Positions 36,747-45,898 of a stretch of 64,000 nucleotides of DNA are shown here, piece by piece. A program made the position numbers and the translations under genes. The stretch spans positions 1,731,828 through 1,795,827 of the forward strand of contig CBDBCA010000006.1 in NCBI GenBank assembly GCA_965202835.1. Direction: 5' to 3'. The stretch comes from Alphaproteobacteria bacterium (lineage in GTDB: Bacteria > Pseudomonadota > Alphaproteobacteria > MPNO01). Under the pieces are notes generated by a model. That model had not been told where the DNA came from, searched no databases, and saw nothing but the letters and a program-made list of their open reading frames with translations. Numbering within the stretch: position 1 is the stretch's first letter; each line of letters opens with the position of its first letter.

Positions 36747-37190
36747 ATGGACAGCAACCGTCTCTATCCCGACCGGCCGATCGTCGGTGTCGGCGTCGTC
36801 GTTCTCCGCGGCGACGAAGTGCTGCTGATCAGGCGCGCCAAGCCTCCGGTATCGGACAACTGGAGCATCCCCGGCGGCGCGCAGGAGATCGGCGAGACCG
36901 TGCGCGAGGCGGCGCGGCGCGAGGTCGCGGAAGAGACCGGAATCGAGATCGAGATCGTCGGCCTCATCGATGTCGTCGACGGCATCACCCGCGATGACGG
37001 GGGACGGGCGAAATTTCACTACACGCTGGTCGATTTCGCGGCGCTCTGGCGTTCGGGCGAGGCGCGCGCGGCGAGCGACGCGGCGGCGACGCGCTGGGCC
37101 GGGCTCGACGAGATCGCGAAAATTCCGCTCTGGGACGAAACCCGAAGGATCATCGCGCGCGCGGCCGAAATGACCGACGGGCGCCGTTGA
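36747..37190 (+). CDS. NUDIX hydrolase
   Basis: Nudix box GGAQEIGETVREAARREVAEETGI. Confidence 0.85.
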   Translation: MDSNRLYPDRPIVGVGVVVLRGDEVLLIRRAKPPVSDNWSIPGGAQEIGETVREAARREVAEETGIEIEIVGLIDVVDGITRDDGGRAKFHYTLVDFAALWRSGEARAASDAAATRWAGLDEIAKIPLWDETRRIIARAAEMTDGRR

Positions 37191-37239
37191 AGAAAGCGGC
37201 GATGAGATCCTGAACGAACCGCTACGCCGGGGACCGTCC

Positions 37240-37473
37240 TCAGCCCGGGCAGTCGGCGCGGTCGCAGGACCGCCCGCCTTGCGCCGGTACGAAGACGCCG
37301 CACTGGCTGCACGCGACGAGGTCCTCCGAGGACGGATCGCCGCCGCGCTCCATCTTGTCGCGTTCCGCCGACTGCTGCAGTTGCTGGTGCCGCTGGATCC
37401 AGCGAAAGCCGTACCAGACCGCGGCGATCAGCGCGCCGAGGACGAGAAGCTTGGACAGGCTGAACCCAAACAT
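37240..37473 (-). CDS. small membrane-anchored protein with C-terminal Cys4 zinc-ribbon-like motif
   Basis: N-terminal TM helix (LLVLGALIAAVWYGF) and CSQCGVF...CDRADC. Immediately downstream of sppA on the same strand. Confidence 0.45.
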   Translation of the reverse strand: MFGFSLSKLLVLGALIAAVWYGFRWIQRHQQLQQSAERDKMERGGDPSSEDLVACSQCGVFVPAQGGRSCDRADCPG

Positions 37474-37524
37474 GACCCCATTTGGCGCTTCGCGGAGCGG
37501 CCGGTCAAGGAATCCTTCCGCCGC

Positions 37525-38430
37525 CTAGAGCCCGTAGCGCTTCCACATGGCCCACTCGTCGAGCGCGGCCAGGATTTCCGAACCGAGCGTTCCGGCGTCC
37601 ATTCCCAGCGCCGGCGCGCCGTCGAGGACGCCCAGCCCGAGGCGGCGCCGCAAGCCCCGCCGAACCGCGACGGGACGGATGCGGACCCTATCGCCGAAGC
37701 GGTCTCGCAGGACGCCCCGCAGATCGCCCAGCCCGTCCACGAGGCCGAGCTCGATCGCCTTTCGGCCGGTCCAGAACTCGCCGGAGAACAGGGCCTCTTC
37801 CTCTTCCCTGAGGCGCCGGCCGCGGCGCGCGCGGACATGCGCTATGAAGCTCTCGTGCATGTCGCGCTGGACGGCACGCAGTCTTTCGACCTCCTCCGGG
37901 TTCTCCGGCCGAAACGGGTCGAGCATCCCCTTGCGCTCGCCCGCGGTATGCACGCGCCGCTCGACGCCGTGTCGCGCGATCAGGTCGGGGAAACCGAACC
38001 CGGCGGCGATCACACCTATCGAGCCCACGATGGAGTTTTCGTCGGCGAAGATCTCGTCGCCCGCGCAGGCGAGCCAGTATCCGCCCGAGGCCGCGACATC
38101 CTCGGCGAAGGCAAGCACGGGAACGCCCCGGTCGTCGGCACGGGCACGGATGCGCCTGGCAATGAGGGCGCTCTGCACCGGGGAGCCGCCGGGGGAATTG
38201 ACCGAGAGCGCCACCGCGGCAAGCCGCCTGGGCGCGAAGGCGCGGTCGATCGCCTTCTCCATGTTCGCGAGCGTGATACTGCCGCTACGGACCGGTCCGA
38301 CCCGCCCGACGATTCCGGCAAGGCGAAGGACGGAAACCAGAGGAGCGTCCCTGCGGCGGCGCCAGGGCAGTATCCGGCGCCGCCGAGGTGGGTCTTTCCG
38401 TGCCTTCGCGACGGAGTTCGCGCCGTTCAT
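37525..38430 (-). CDS. sppA: signal peptide peptidase SppA (36K type, S49 family)
   Basis: S49 pattern, including AFAEDVAASGGYWLACAGDEIFADENSIVGSIGV. Confidence 0.85.
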   Translation of the reverse strand: MNGANSVAKARKDPPRRRRILPWRRRRDAPLVSVLRLAGIVGRVGPVRSGSITLANMEKAIDRAFAPRRLAAVALSVNSPGGSPVQSALIARRIRARADDRGVPVLAFAEDVAASGGYWLACAGDEIFADENSIVGSIGVIAAGFGFPDLIARHGVERRVHTAGERKGMLDPFRPENPEEVERLRAVQRDMHESFIAHVRARRGRRLREEEEALFSGEFWTGRKAIELGLVDGLGDLRGVLRDRFGDRVRIRPVAVRRGLRRRLGLGVLDGAPALGMDAGTLGSEILAALDEWAMWKRYGL

Positions 38431-38477
38431 GCGCTATAGATAGAAGCGAACCCGGGGTTCGCCAAGCGGCGCCGGAG

Positions 38478-39233
38478 TCACAGTTCGAGGGCGCCGCCGT
38501 GGAGTATCCGGTCTGCCTCCGGTGTGAAGCTGCCGTCCTCCTCGTGGAGGACCAGGCCCTGGGCGATGCGAAGCGGCGCAGCCGTTCCGCGCCGCGCACG
38601 CACGATGATGCGCTTTGCAGGACTGCCGTCGCGACGGGGCCACAGCGGGAAGACCACGACCTCTCCGGCCCGGCCCTGGATCGCGGCGAGCACATCGGCG
38701 AGTCGGTCCGCCCGGTGGATCAGGGTCATCGTGCCCATGCCCCGCAGCATGCTGATGCCAAACGCGATCCAGTCTTCGAGCCTCGCCTCCCCCTCGACAT
38801 GCGATGCCGCGCGGCTCGCCTCGGCCGGCGCGTGGGTGCGGCCGGCCTCGTTGAACGGCGGGTTCATCATCACCTGGTCGAAGGCACCGAGAGCGAGGCG
38901 GGACGGAAGGTTGACGAGATCTCCCATCACGATGTCGACGCGTTCGCTCATCCCGTTGAGGCGGACGTTTTCCCCCGCGATCCCGACCAGGCCACGCTGG
39001 CTTTCCAACCCGACCACGCTGCAGCCGGGCACGCGCGCAACCAGCGTCAGCGCCGCTCCGCCGACCCCGGCGCCGGGCTCCAGCACGCGATCGCCGTCTC
39101 CGCACGGAACCGCGGCGGACAGCAGGACGGTGTCGATCGATACCCTGAATCCCTGCTTGGGCTGGCGGATCTTCACCCGCCCGCCGAGCAGGCGATCCTC
39201 GGTCAACGGACCCGGGCGCTCGTCGCTTGCCAT
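38478..39233 (-). CDS. SAM-dependent N6-adenine methyltransferase (tRNA m6A37 TrmN6/YfiC-like)
   Basis: GAGVGGAALTL SAM-binding motif and NPPF motif (MMNPPFNEAG). Confidence 0.6.
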   Translation of the reverse strand: MASDERPGPLTEDRLLGGRVKIRQPKQGFRVSIDTVLLSAAVPCGDGDRVLEPGAGVGGAALTLVARVPGCSVVGLESQRGLVGIAGENVRLNGMSERVDIVMGDLVNLPSRLALGAFDQVMMNPPFNEAGRTHAPAEASRAASHVEGEARLEDWIAFGISMLRGMGTMTLIHRADRLADVLAAIQGRAGEVVVFPLWPRRDGSPAKRIIVRARRGTAAPLRIAQGLVLHEEDGSFTPEADRILHGGALEL

Positions 39234-39237
39234 GCTC

Positions 39238-39462
39238 TCAGCCGGGGCTCAATTTGTGCCCCTCGCCCGCCTCGGTCACCAGCCGCCGGGCGCGGACGAG
39301 GTCGTCGTCCTCCACCATCACCCGGCGCGGGATCGCCAGCGTGGAACCTTCGAGGACGCTGGTGTGGGTATCGAGGAGAATGGGTTCGATCCCCTCGGCG
39401 CGCAGGAACGCATCGAGCCAGGAGAGGAAGACCAGCTCGTTGCTCCTTACCAACTCGCGCAT
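39238..39462 (-). CDS. DUF2007-like small protein
   Basis: MRELVRSNELVFLSWLDAFLRAEGIEP pattern. Start taken at the ATG at 39462. Confidence 0.5.
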   Translation of the reverse strand: MRELVRSNELVFLSWLDAFLRAEGIEPILLDTHTSVLEGSTLAIPRRVMVEDDDLVRARRLVTEAGEGHKLSPG

Positions 39463-39573
39463 GGATCCCGCCCGGACAGATCGTCGCATGCCGGTGCCGC
39501 GTCTTGACGGGAACCGGCCTGGGACTATGGTCGGCAACCTGTCTATCACCAATTTCCGGGGCGGACAAAGCAG

Positions 39574-40596
39574 GTGAGCGTTGTCGTTGAGCTTGCGCGC
39601 AGGACGAAGCCGCACCCGCGCCCGTCACTCGAGCGCCTGACGGCACTGACCGCGGCCGATATGGAGGCGGTCAACCGCACGATCGTCGACCGCATGCAAA
39701 GCCCGGTGCTGCTGGTCTCCCAGCTGGCCGGGCACATCGTCGCCGCCGGGGGCAAGCGCCTCCGGCCGATGATCACCCTCGCGTCGGCGCGGATGTGCGG
39801 TTATGAGGGCGAACGGCATGTCGGGCTCGCGGCCTGTGTGGAGCTGATCCATACCGCGACGCTGCTGCATGACGACGTGGTCGACGACAGCGATCTGCGC
39901 CGCGGCGCCGCGACGGCCAACGCGGTCTGGGGCAATCAGGCCTCGGTCCTGGTGGGCGATTTCCTGTTCTCGCGCTCTTTCGAGCTCATGGTCGCGGACG
40001 CCTCCCTCGACGTCCTCGCCATCCTTTCGGAAGCCTCGTCCGTGATCGCCGAGGGCGAAGTCCTGCAACTCATGACCGCGAACGACATCGACACCGGCGA
40101 GCAGGACTATCTCGACGTCATTCGCGCGAAGACCGCGAAGCTGTTCGCGGCGGCCGCGGAGATCGGCGCCGTCGTCGGCCGCCGTCCCGTCGCCGAGCGG
40201 GAGGCGTTGAAGAGCTTCGGCCACAATCTCGGCATGGCCTTCCAGCTCGTCGACGATGTGCTCGACTATTCGGCGCATCAGGCCACGCTCGGCAAGACGG
40301 TGGGCGACGATTTCCGCGAGGGCAAGATCACCCTGCCCATCGTGTATGCGGTCAGTGCGGCGGACGACGACGGCAAGACGTTCTGGCGCCGCACGCTGGA
40401 AGACCAGATCCAGAAGAAAGGCGACCTAAAGCGGGCGATCGACCTGCTGGAAAGCACCGGCGCGCTCCGCGCCACGCTGGAACGCGCCCGCGGCTATTCC
40501 GCCAAGGCCCGCGAGGCGCTCGCCGATTTCCCGGAGAGCGAAGCCAGGCAGGCTCTCGCGGAAGGCATCGAGTTCGCGGTCGAGAGGGCGTATTGA
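39574..40596 (+). CDS. polyprenyl diphosphate synthase (IspB-like)
   Basis: Two Asp-rich motifs (LLHDDVVDDSDLRRG and DDVLD) and GKRLRP. Probable GTG start. Confidence 0.85.
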   Translation: MSVVVELARRTKPHPRPSLERLTALTAADMEAVNRTIVDRMQSPVLLVSQLAGHIVAAGGKRLRPMITLASARMCGYEGERHVGLAACVELIHTATLLHDDVVDDSDLRRGAATANAVWGNQASVLVGDFLFSRSFELMVADASLDVLAILSEASSVIAEGEVLQLMTANDIDTGEQDYLDVIRAKTAKLFAAAAEIGAVVGRRPVAEREALKSFGHNLGMAFQLVDDVLDYSAHQATLGKTVGDDFREGKITLPIVYAVSAADDDGKTFWRRTLEDQIQKKGDLKRAIDLLESTGALRATLERARGYSAKAREALADFPESEARQALAEGIEFAVERAY

Positions 40597-40682
40597 ACGC
40601 CCGGCCGCGATACGCGGATACGCCGTCGCGCATTTCTTGCAGGCCGAATCGACAGAAGCTATAAGGGCCTTCCGCTGGGGTT

Positions 40683-40759
40683 CGGAGTGTAGCTCAGCCT
40701 GGTAGAGCACTGTCTTCGGGAGGCAGGGGCCGGTGGTTCGAATCCACTCACTCCGACCA
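40683..40759 (+). tRNA. tRNA-Pro (anticodon CGG)
   Basis: Cloverleaf: acceptor CGGAGTG/CACTCCG, D-arm GCTCAGCCTGGTAGAGC, anticodon stem CTGTC/GGCAG with loop TTCGGGA, T-arm GGTGGTTCGAATCCACT, and an encoded CCA. Confidence 0.85.
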
Positions 40760-40833
40760 GCGATTTCAGGCAGTCAGCCAAGTTGCGACGGGTCGAGCCC
40801 ACGACCTCCAAGGGTAAGTCGGTCGCTGAATTG

Positions 40834-41805
40834 GTGTGCTCGCCTGTGCGCGTAATCGACTCCCACACCGCGGGTGAGCCGACCCGCGTAATCGTCGAAG
40901 GCGGGCCCGATTTGGGCGCCGGCGGGCTGGCGGAGCGGGCGGTTCGGTTCGAGGCGGGCCATGCCTGGGTCCGCAACGCCCTGCTCACCGAGCCGCGCGG
41001 CTTCGACGGCATGGTGGGCGCGCTGCTCTGCCCGCCCGACGATCCGTCCTGCGCGGCGGGCATCGTCTTCTTCGACACCGCCGGCAATCTCGGCATGTGC
41101 GGGCACGGCACGATCGGGGTGACCGCGACTCTCGCCTTCCTGGGCCGCATCGCGCCCGGGACCCACCGGCTCCAGACACCGGTCGGTGTCGTCACGGTTG
41201 CGGCGGGGAGCGCAAACGCCGTGGCGGTCGAGAATGTCGAGAGCTACCGGTCGCAAGCCGGCATTTCGGTCGAGGTTGGAGGGCTCGGCCGGATCGTGGG
41301 CGACGTGGCCTGGGGCGGCAACTGGTTCTTTCTGTGCAAGCAGGCGCCGCTACCGCTGGAAATGGACAATATCCCGGCTCTGACCGACGCGGCGGCGCGG
41401 GTGCGGGCGGCGCTCGCCGAGGCCGGCATTACCGGCACAGGCGGCGCCGCGATCGACCATATCGAGTTCTTCGGGCCGCCGGCTTCGCCCGCCGCGAACA
41501 GCCGCAACTTCACTCTGTGCCCCGGCGGCGCATACGACCGCTCGCCCTGCGGCACCGGGACCAGCGCCAAGCTCGCCTGTCTCGCCGCCGACGGCGCCCT
41601 CGCCCCCGGCAAGATTTGGGTGCAGGAGAGCGTCATCGGCAGCACCTACCGCGCGCATTACCGGCCGGGAGCCGGCAACGGCATCGTCCCCACTATCGAG
41701 GGGGAGTCCTTTGTGGTGGGCGAAACGGTCCTGCATTTCGCTCCGGACGATCCATACCGAGCCGGGATCGGATCGTCCTTTTCCGCCGGCGCCGGCGGCC
41801 GCTGA
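40834..41805 (+). CDS. proline racemase family enzyme (4-hydroxyproline 2-epimerase / proline racemase type; both catalytic residues Cys)
   Basis: VIDSHTAGEPTR, MCGHG and SPCGTGTSA. Probable GTG start at 40834. The ORF-track ATG at 40783 would add 17 non-conserved residues and begins only 24 nt past the tRNA. Confidence 0.75.
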   Translation: MCSPVRVIDSHTAGEPTRVIVEGGPDLGAGGLAERAVRFEAGHAWVRNALLTEPRGFDGMVGALLCPPDDPSCAAGIVFFDTAGNLGMCGHGTIGVTATLAFLGRIAPGTHRLQTPVGVVTVAAGSANAVAVENVESYRSQAGISVEVGGLGRIVGDVAWGGNWFFLCKQAPLPLEMDNIPALTDAAARVRAALAEAGITGTGGAAIDHIEFFGPPASPAANSRNFTLCPGGAYDRSPCGTGTSAKLACLAADGALAPGKIWVQESVIGSTYRAHYRPGAGNGIVPTIEGESFVVGETVLHFAPDDPYRAGIGSSFSAGAGGR

Positions 41806-41903
41806 TCCGGATTTCAGGACGGCGGACCTCGTGTGCCTGCGTCGAGCCCGTTGTCCGGGGCTGCTTGCCCGGGCCGGGGCGACTCGCGTAGGTTTCGCCC
41901 CGC

Positions 41904-42638
41904 ATGACGGAAAGCACGAACCAACCGACGATAGTCGTCACCGGCGGCGGCAGCGGGGTCGGCTATGCCATCGTCCACCGCGCGCTGGCCGGAGGCTACG
42001 CGGTGTCGGCCTGGGACGCGGACGAAGGCTGTCTCGCCGGGATGAACCGGCCGGATTTCTCGTTCTACCGGCTCGACGTCCGCGACAAGGCGGCGATGGA
42101 CCGCGCGGTGTCCGGAATCGTGGAGGCCGGCGGGACAATCGTCGGTCTCGCCGCCTGCGCGGCGGTCTACAAGCCCGTCCCGTTCCTCGATCTCGACGAC
42201 GAAGCCTGGGACCGGCATCTCGACATCAACCTCAAGGGCACGCTGCTCGCCAGCCAGGCGGTGCTGCCCGAGATGCGCCGCGCGGGCAAGGGGGCGATCG
42301 TCATGTTCTCGTCCTCGATCGCGCGCAACGGCGCCGCAGGGGGCGCGCATTACGCCGCGACCAAGGGCGGCGTGCTGGGGCTCGCCCGGGCGATGGCGCT
42401 GGAAACGGCGCGCGACGGTATCCGCGTCAACGCGATCTCGCCCGGAGTCACCGACACGCCGCAGCCGCGCGGGCACCGCAGCCAGGCCGATCTCGACGCG
42501 GCGGCGGCGGCGAACCCGATGGGACGCATCGGCGAGCCGGAGGACATGGCGGAAGCCGCGCTGTTCCTGATGGAAGACGATTCGAGCTTCGTCACCGGCC
42601 AGGACCTCCGTATCAACGGCGGCCGGCTGATGATCTAG
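41904..42638 (+). CDS. SDR-family oxidoreductase
   Basis: TGGGSGVGYA, Ser-Tyr-Lys triad (SSS...YAATK). 244 aa. Confidence 0.8.
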   Translation: MTESTNQPTIVVTGGGSGVGYAIVHRALAGGYAVSAWDADEGCLAGMNRPDFSFYRLDVRDKAAMDRAVSGIVEAGGTIVGLAACAAVYKPVPFLDLDDEAWDRHLDINLKGTLLASQAVLPEMRRAGKGAIVMFSSSIARNGAAGGAHYAATKGGVLGLARAMALETARDGIRVNAISPGVTDTPQPRGHRSQADLDAAAAANPMGRIGEPEDMAEAALFLMEDDSSFVTGQDLRINGGRLMI

Positions 42639-42649
42639 GGACCGGGGGT

Positions 42650-43387
42650 ATGGGCAGCGTTCTGATAACCGGCGCCGCCAGCGGGATCGCGCGGGCCGCG
42701 GCGATGCGTCTCGCCGGGCACATGACGGTATACGCCGCCGACATCGACGCCGACGGGCTGGCGGAGACCGTCGACGCCATCGGGGCCTCGGGCGGCGGCG
42801 CGAAGGCGATCCGCGTCGACGTCTCGGACCGCGCATCGGTGGAGGACATGGTGGAGGCCGTCGACGGAAACATCGACGCCGCGTTCTTCGCCGCGGGTAT
42901 CCACATCAGAGGCACCGCCGAGACCGTATCCGAGGAAGACTGGGATCGGATGATCGGCGTCCACGTCAAGGGCACGTTTCTCTGCTGTCAGGCGACGCTC
43001 CGCCGCATGCGGGCGCAAGGCACCGGCGGAGCGATCGTCACCATGTCGTCGGACTACGCGGTGATGGCAGTGCCGGGGGGCGCCGCCTATTGCGCCGCAA
43101 AGGCCGCGATCCATTCGCTCACCAAGTCGATCGCCCAGGAATTCGCGCCGGACGGGGTACGCATCAACGCGCTGGGCCCCGGTCCGATCGACACCCCGAT
43201 CCTGCGCGCCGGCCGGACGGAGGAAGAATACGATGCTGCCCGGAAGAGGCTCGCGGACAATTTGCCGATCGGCCGTCTGGGCCAACCGGAGGAGGTCGCG
43301 GCGGTGGTCGATTTCCTGCTGAGCGAGCGGTCGTCCTACATCACCGGGCAGATCGTCCACCCGAACGGCGGCCAGCTCACCTGGTAG
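42650..43387 (+). CDS. SDR-family oxidoreductase (second, tandem)
   Basis: ATG at 42650 inside long ORF 41711..43387. ITGAASGIA, YCAAK. 245 aa. Confidence 0.8.
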   Translation: MGSVLITGAASGIARAAAMRLAGHMTVYAADIDADGLAETVDAIGASGGGAKAIRVDVSDRASVEDMVEAVDGNIDAAFFAAGIHIRGTAETVSEEDWDRMIGVHVKGTFLCCQATLRRMRAQGTGGAIVTMSSDYAVMAVPGGAAYCAAKAAIHSLTKSIAQEFAPDGVRINALGPGPIDTPILRAGRTEEEYDAARKRLADNLPIGRLGQPEEVAAVVDFLLSERSSYITGQIVHPNGGQLTW

Positions 43388-43394
43388 CGCGCCT

Positions 43395-44228
43395 TCAGGC
43401 CGGGATTACCCGGTCCTTGCCCTTGATCTGGATGCGGTAGCCCGACCGCGTATTGGGATGGTAGTCCCAGATCGCGAAATGATGCGTGCACCGGTTGTCC
43501 CAGAACGCGACCGAATGGGGCTGCCAGCGGAAGCGCACGTGAAAGTTGGGGTGCTCGCAGTGGCGGTAGAGAAAACCGAGGATCGCGTCGCTCTCGGCCT
43601 TCGAGACGCCGCATATGTGGGACGTGAAACCGGGATTGACATAGAGCAGCTTGCGTCCGGTGACCGGGTGCTTCGCGACCATCGGCTGTTCGGTGACCGG
43701 CAGCTGGTTGGTCGCCGTACGGGAGAACGCGCCGGCGCCGTCATGCACCGCCGTCATGCCTTCGAGATAACGCTTCATCGCCGGCGACAGCGCCTCGTAA
43801 GCCGCGTACATGCTCGCGAACATCGTATCCCCACCGCCCGCCGGGGGCACGGTGTGGATATAGAGGACCGTGCCCATGGGCGGGGTTTCCATGCACGACT
43901 GGTCGGTGTGCCAGGTCTCGTTGCCGGACACCGATTTCGAGTTCTCGTCGAAATGGAGCGCACGCACTTCGGGGTATTCCTGAAGCTGTTTGGAGTTGGT
44001 GCCGTCGCCGCCGACGCTGACGTGAAGCTTCCCGAAATGCTCGCCAAGCGCCTTCTGGGTTTCGTGGGTCAACTCCTGGTCGCGGAAGAACAGGACCTGG
44101 TGCTCCATCAGCGCATCGTGCAGATCCTCGACCGTCGGGGCGTCCAGCGGGCGGGTGAGATCGATGCCTTCCACGAGTCCGCCGATATTCGGCGTCACCG
44201 AGGTCACTCTGATCGTGTTGTGGCCCAT
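43395..44228 (-). CDS. TauD/TfdA-family Fe(II)/2-oxoglutarate-dependent dioxygenase
   Basis: C-terminal 277 aa of ORF 43395..45308 (MGHNTIRV..., HTDQS and HxD...H pattern). Convergent with SDR2, with only an 8-nt gap. Confidence 0.85.
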   Translation of the reverse strand: MGHNTIRVTSVTPNIGGLVEGIDLTRPLDAPTVEDLHDALMEHQVLFFRDQELTHETQKALGEHFGKLHVSVGGDGTNSKQLQEYPEVRALHFDENSKSVSGNETWHTDQSCMETPPMGTVLYIHTVPPAGGGDTMFASMYAAYEALSPAMKRYLEGMTAVHDGAGAFSRTATNQLPVTEQPMVAKHPVTGRKLLYVNPGFTSHICGVSKAESDAILGFLYRHCEHPNFHVRFRWQPHSVAFWDNRCTHHFAIWDYHPNTRSGYRIQIKGKDRVIPA

Positions 44229-44323
44229 GATCGTTCCCTTCGGCCAAGGCACAAGGAGCATGCGCGTACGGTCCGCAGCGGAAACCGAGGATGGCCGCAA
44301 ATTCCCCGCCGGGCAAGCCGTCG

Positions 44324-45421
44324 TTATCGCGGCTCCAGGCGCCACACCGAGGCGTCGTTCTCGTCGAGCAGCAGGTAGATCAGCCCGTCCGGACCCGTGC
44401 GCACGTCGCGTATGCGGTTGCCGAAATCGGTGAGCATGCGCTCTTCGCGAACAACCCTGTCGCCATCGAGTTCCAGCCGGACGAGGAGTTGGGACCGGAG
44501 CGCGCCGACGAAAAGATTGCCGTCCCAGCGAGGAAACCGCTCGCCGCGATAGACCGTCAGCCCGGATGGCGCGATGGACGGCACCCAATAGGTCCTGGGC
44601 TGCTCCATCCCGGGGCGCGCGGTCTCGTCGGTGATCTTGGTCCCGATATAGTTGCGCCCGTAGGTGATCACCGGCCAGCCGTAGTTCCTGCCGCGCTCGA
44701 CGAGGTTCACCTCGTCCCCGCCCTTGGGCCCGTGCTCCTGCGACCACAGGCGGCCGGTTTCGGGATCGAATGCAAGACCTTGCGGGTTGCGGTGCCCATA
44801 GGACCATATCTCCGGCAGCGCGCCGGGCCGGCCGACGAAGGGGTTGTCGGCGGGAGGGGTTCCGTCTCGGTTGAGCCTGAGGATCGCGCCCGCGTGGGTG
44901 CCGAGATCCTGCGCGTTGGGCCGGTGGCCGCGGTCGCCGATGGTGACGTAGAGCTTGCGATCGGGACCGAAGCGGAGGCGCGAGCCGAAATGCCGGCCCG
45001 AGCCGCTCCCCGGCCGTCCGGCGAAGATCAGCTTGAAGCCGCCAACCCGGTCGCTTGTCAGCCGGGCTGAGCCGACGGCGGTCGTCTTGCCGCCTTTGGC
45101 GTCCCAGGCCAGGCTCAGGAAAATGCGCCGGTTGCGAGAGAAATCGGGGTCCAGCACCACGTCCATCAACCCGCCCTGGCCGTAGGACTCGATCCGGGGA
45201 AGACCACGGAGCGGCCCGGATACCCGTCCTTCGCGGTCGAGAATGCGGAGATTGCCGTCCTTTTCGGTAACCAGGATTCGTCCGTCGGGCAGGAACGACA
45301 TGCCCCACGCCTGATCGAGCGGACCGCCGACCGGCACCAGTCGGAATTCGTGCTTTTCCGAGCGGTAGTCGCGCGGTTCCGCCGCCAGGCCGGTGCCCGG
45401 AAACTCGGCAAGGAGGATCAC
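44324..45421 (-). CDS. PQQ-dependent soluble sugar/aldose dehydrogenase (YliI/Asd-like); start uncertain
   Basis: GSB/YliI-like pattern (GLAFDPETGRLWSQEHGPKGGDEVNLVERGRNYGWP). GTG at 45421 is the first canonical start. A signal-peptide-like segment (RRGCFRALGAAVILLA...GLAAEP) lies in frame upstream, up to the cupin stop at 45469. Confidence 0.7.
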   Translation of the reverse strand: MILLAEFPGTGLAAEPRDYRSEKHEFRLVPVGGPLDQAWGMSFLPDGRILVTEKDGNLRILDREGRVSGPLRGLPRIESYGQGGLMDVVLDPDFSRNRRIFLSLAWDAKGGKTTAVGSARLTSDRVGGFKLIFAGRPGSGSGRHFGSRLRFGPDRKLYVTIGDRGHRPNAQDLGTHAGAILRLNRDGTPPADNPFVGRPGALPEIWSYGHRNPQGLAFDPETGRLWSQEHGPKGGDEVNLVERGRNYGWPVITYGRNYIGTKITDETARPGMEQPRTYWVPSIAPSGLTVYRGERFPRWDGNLFVGALRSQLLVRLELDGDRVVREERMLTDFGNRIRDVRTGPDGLIYLLLDENDASVWRLEPR

Positions 45422-45468
45422 CGCGGCGCCCAGCGCGCGGAAGCAGCCTCGCCGTGGCCGGTCGCCGA

Positions 45469-45888
45469 TCAGTCCGCCACCTCGATCTCGACGGTGGGAT
45501 AGTCCGCCGGCATGGTGACCTCGATCACTTCCATGTCTTCGCTGTAATCGATCACGTTGTGCACCTCGCCGGGCGGCGAGTAGACCGAAGCGCCGGCATG
45601 GGCGGTGATCGGCTCGTCGTGCCCCTGCCACCGATAGGTTACCCAGCCCTTCAGGATGTAGACCATCTGGAAGGCGAGGTCGTGCCGGTGGAAGCCGAGA
45701 TCGCGCTGGCACGGCCCCTTGGCGCGGAGGTGGATGGCGCCCACCTCGCCGCCGGTCGCCTCCGCCATGCCGAGGTCGCGGTAGTCGAAGGAGTCCCAGA
45801 GCCCGATGGGCTTGAACGATTCCTCGTCGCATTCGTGGATGGCGAGCGCGCTCAGCGCTTCGGTCAGCTTGAATACGTCGCTGGACAT
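45469..45888 (-). CDS. cupin_2 domain protein
   Basis: 139 aa with a cupin barrel motif (GGEVGAIHLRAKGP...HRHDLAFQMVYILKG...PPGEVHNV). Confidence 0.7.
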   Translation of the reverse strand: MSSDVFKLTEALSALAIHECDEESFKPIGLWDSFDYRDLGMAEATGGEVGAIHLRAKGPCQRDLGFHRHDLAFQMVYILKGWVTYRWQGHDEPITAHAGASVYSPPGEVHNVIDYSEDMEVIEVTMPADYPTVEIEVAD

Positions 45889-45898
45889 CTCCCCTCCC

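Noticed and set aside
41711-43387. 558-aa plus ORF fusing the upstream region with the second SDR gene
   Set aside because: Only the last 245 aa (from the ATG at 42650) have the SDR pattern. The upstream part is the racemase/SDR1 region read out of frame.
43395-45308. 637-aa ORF as one protein
   Set aside because: The TauD-like protein occupies only the C-terminal 277 aa. The upstream portion overlaps the PQQ dehydrogenase gene in another frame.
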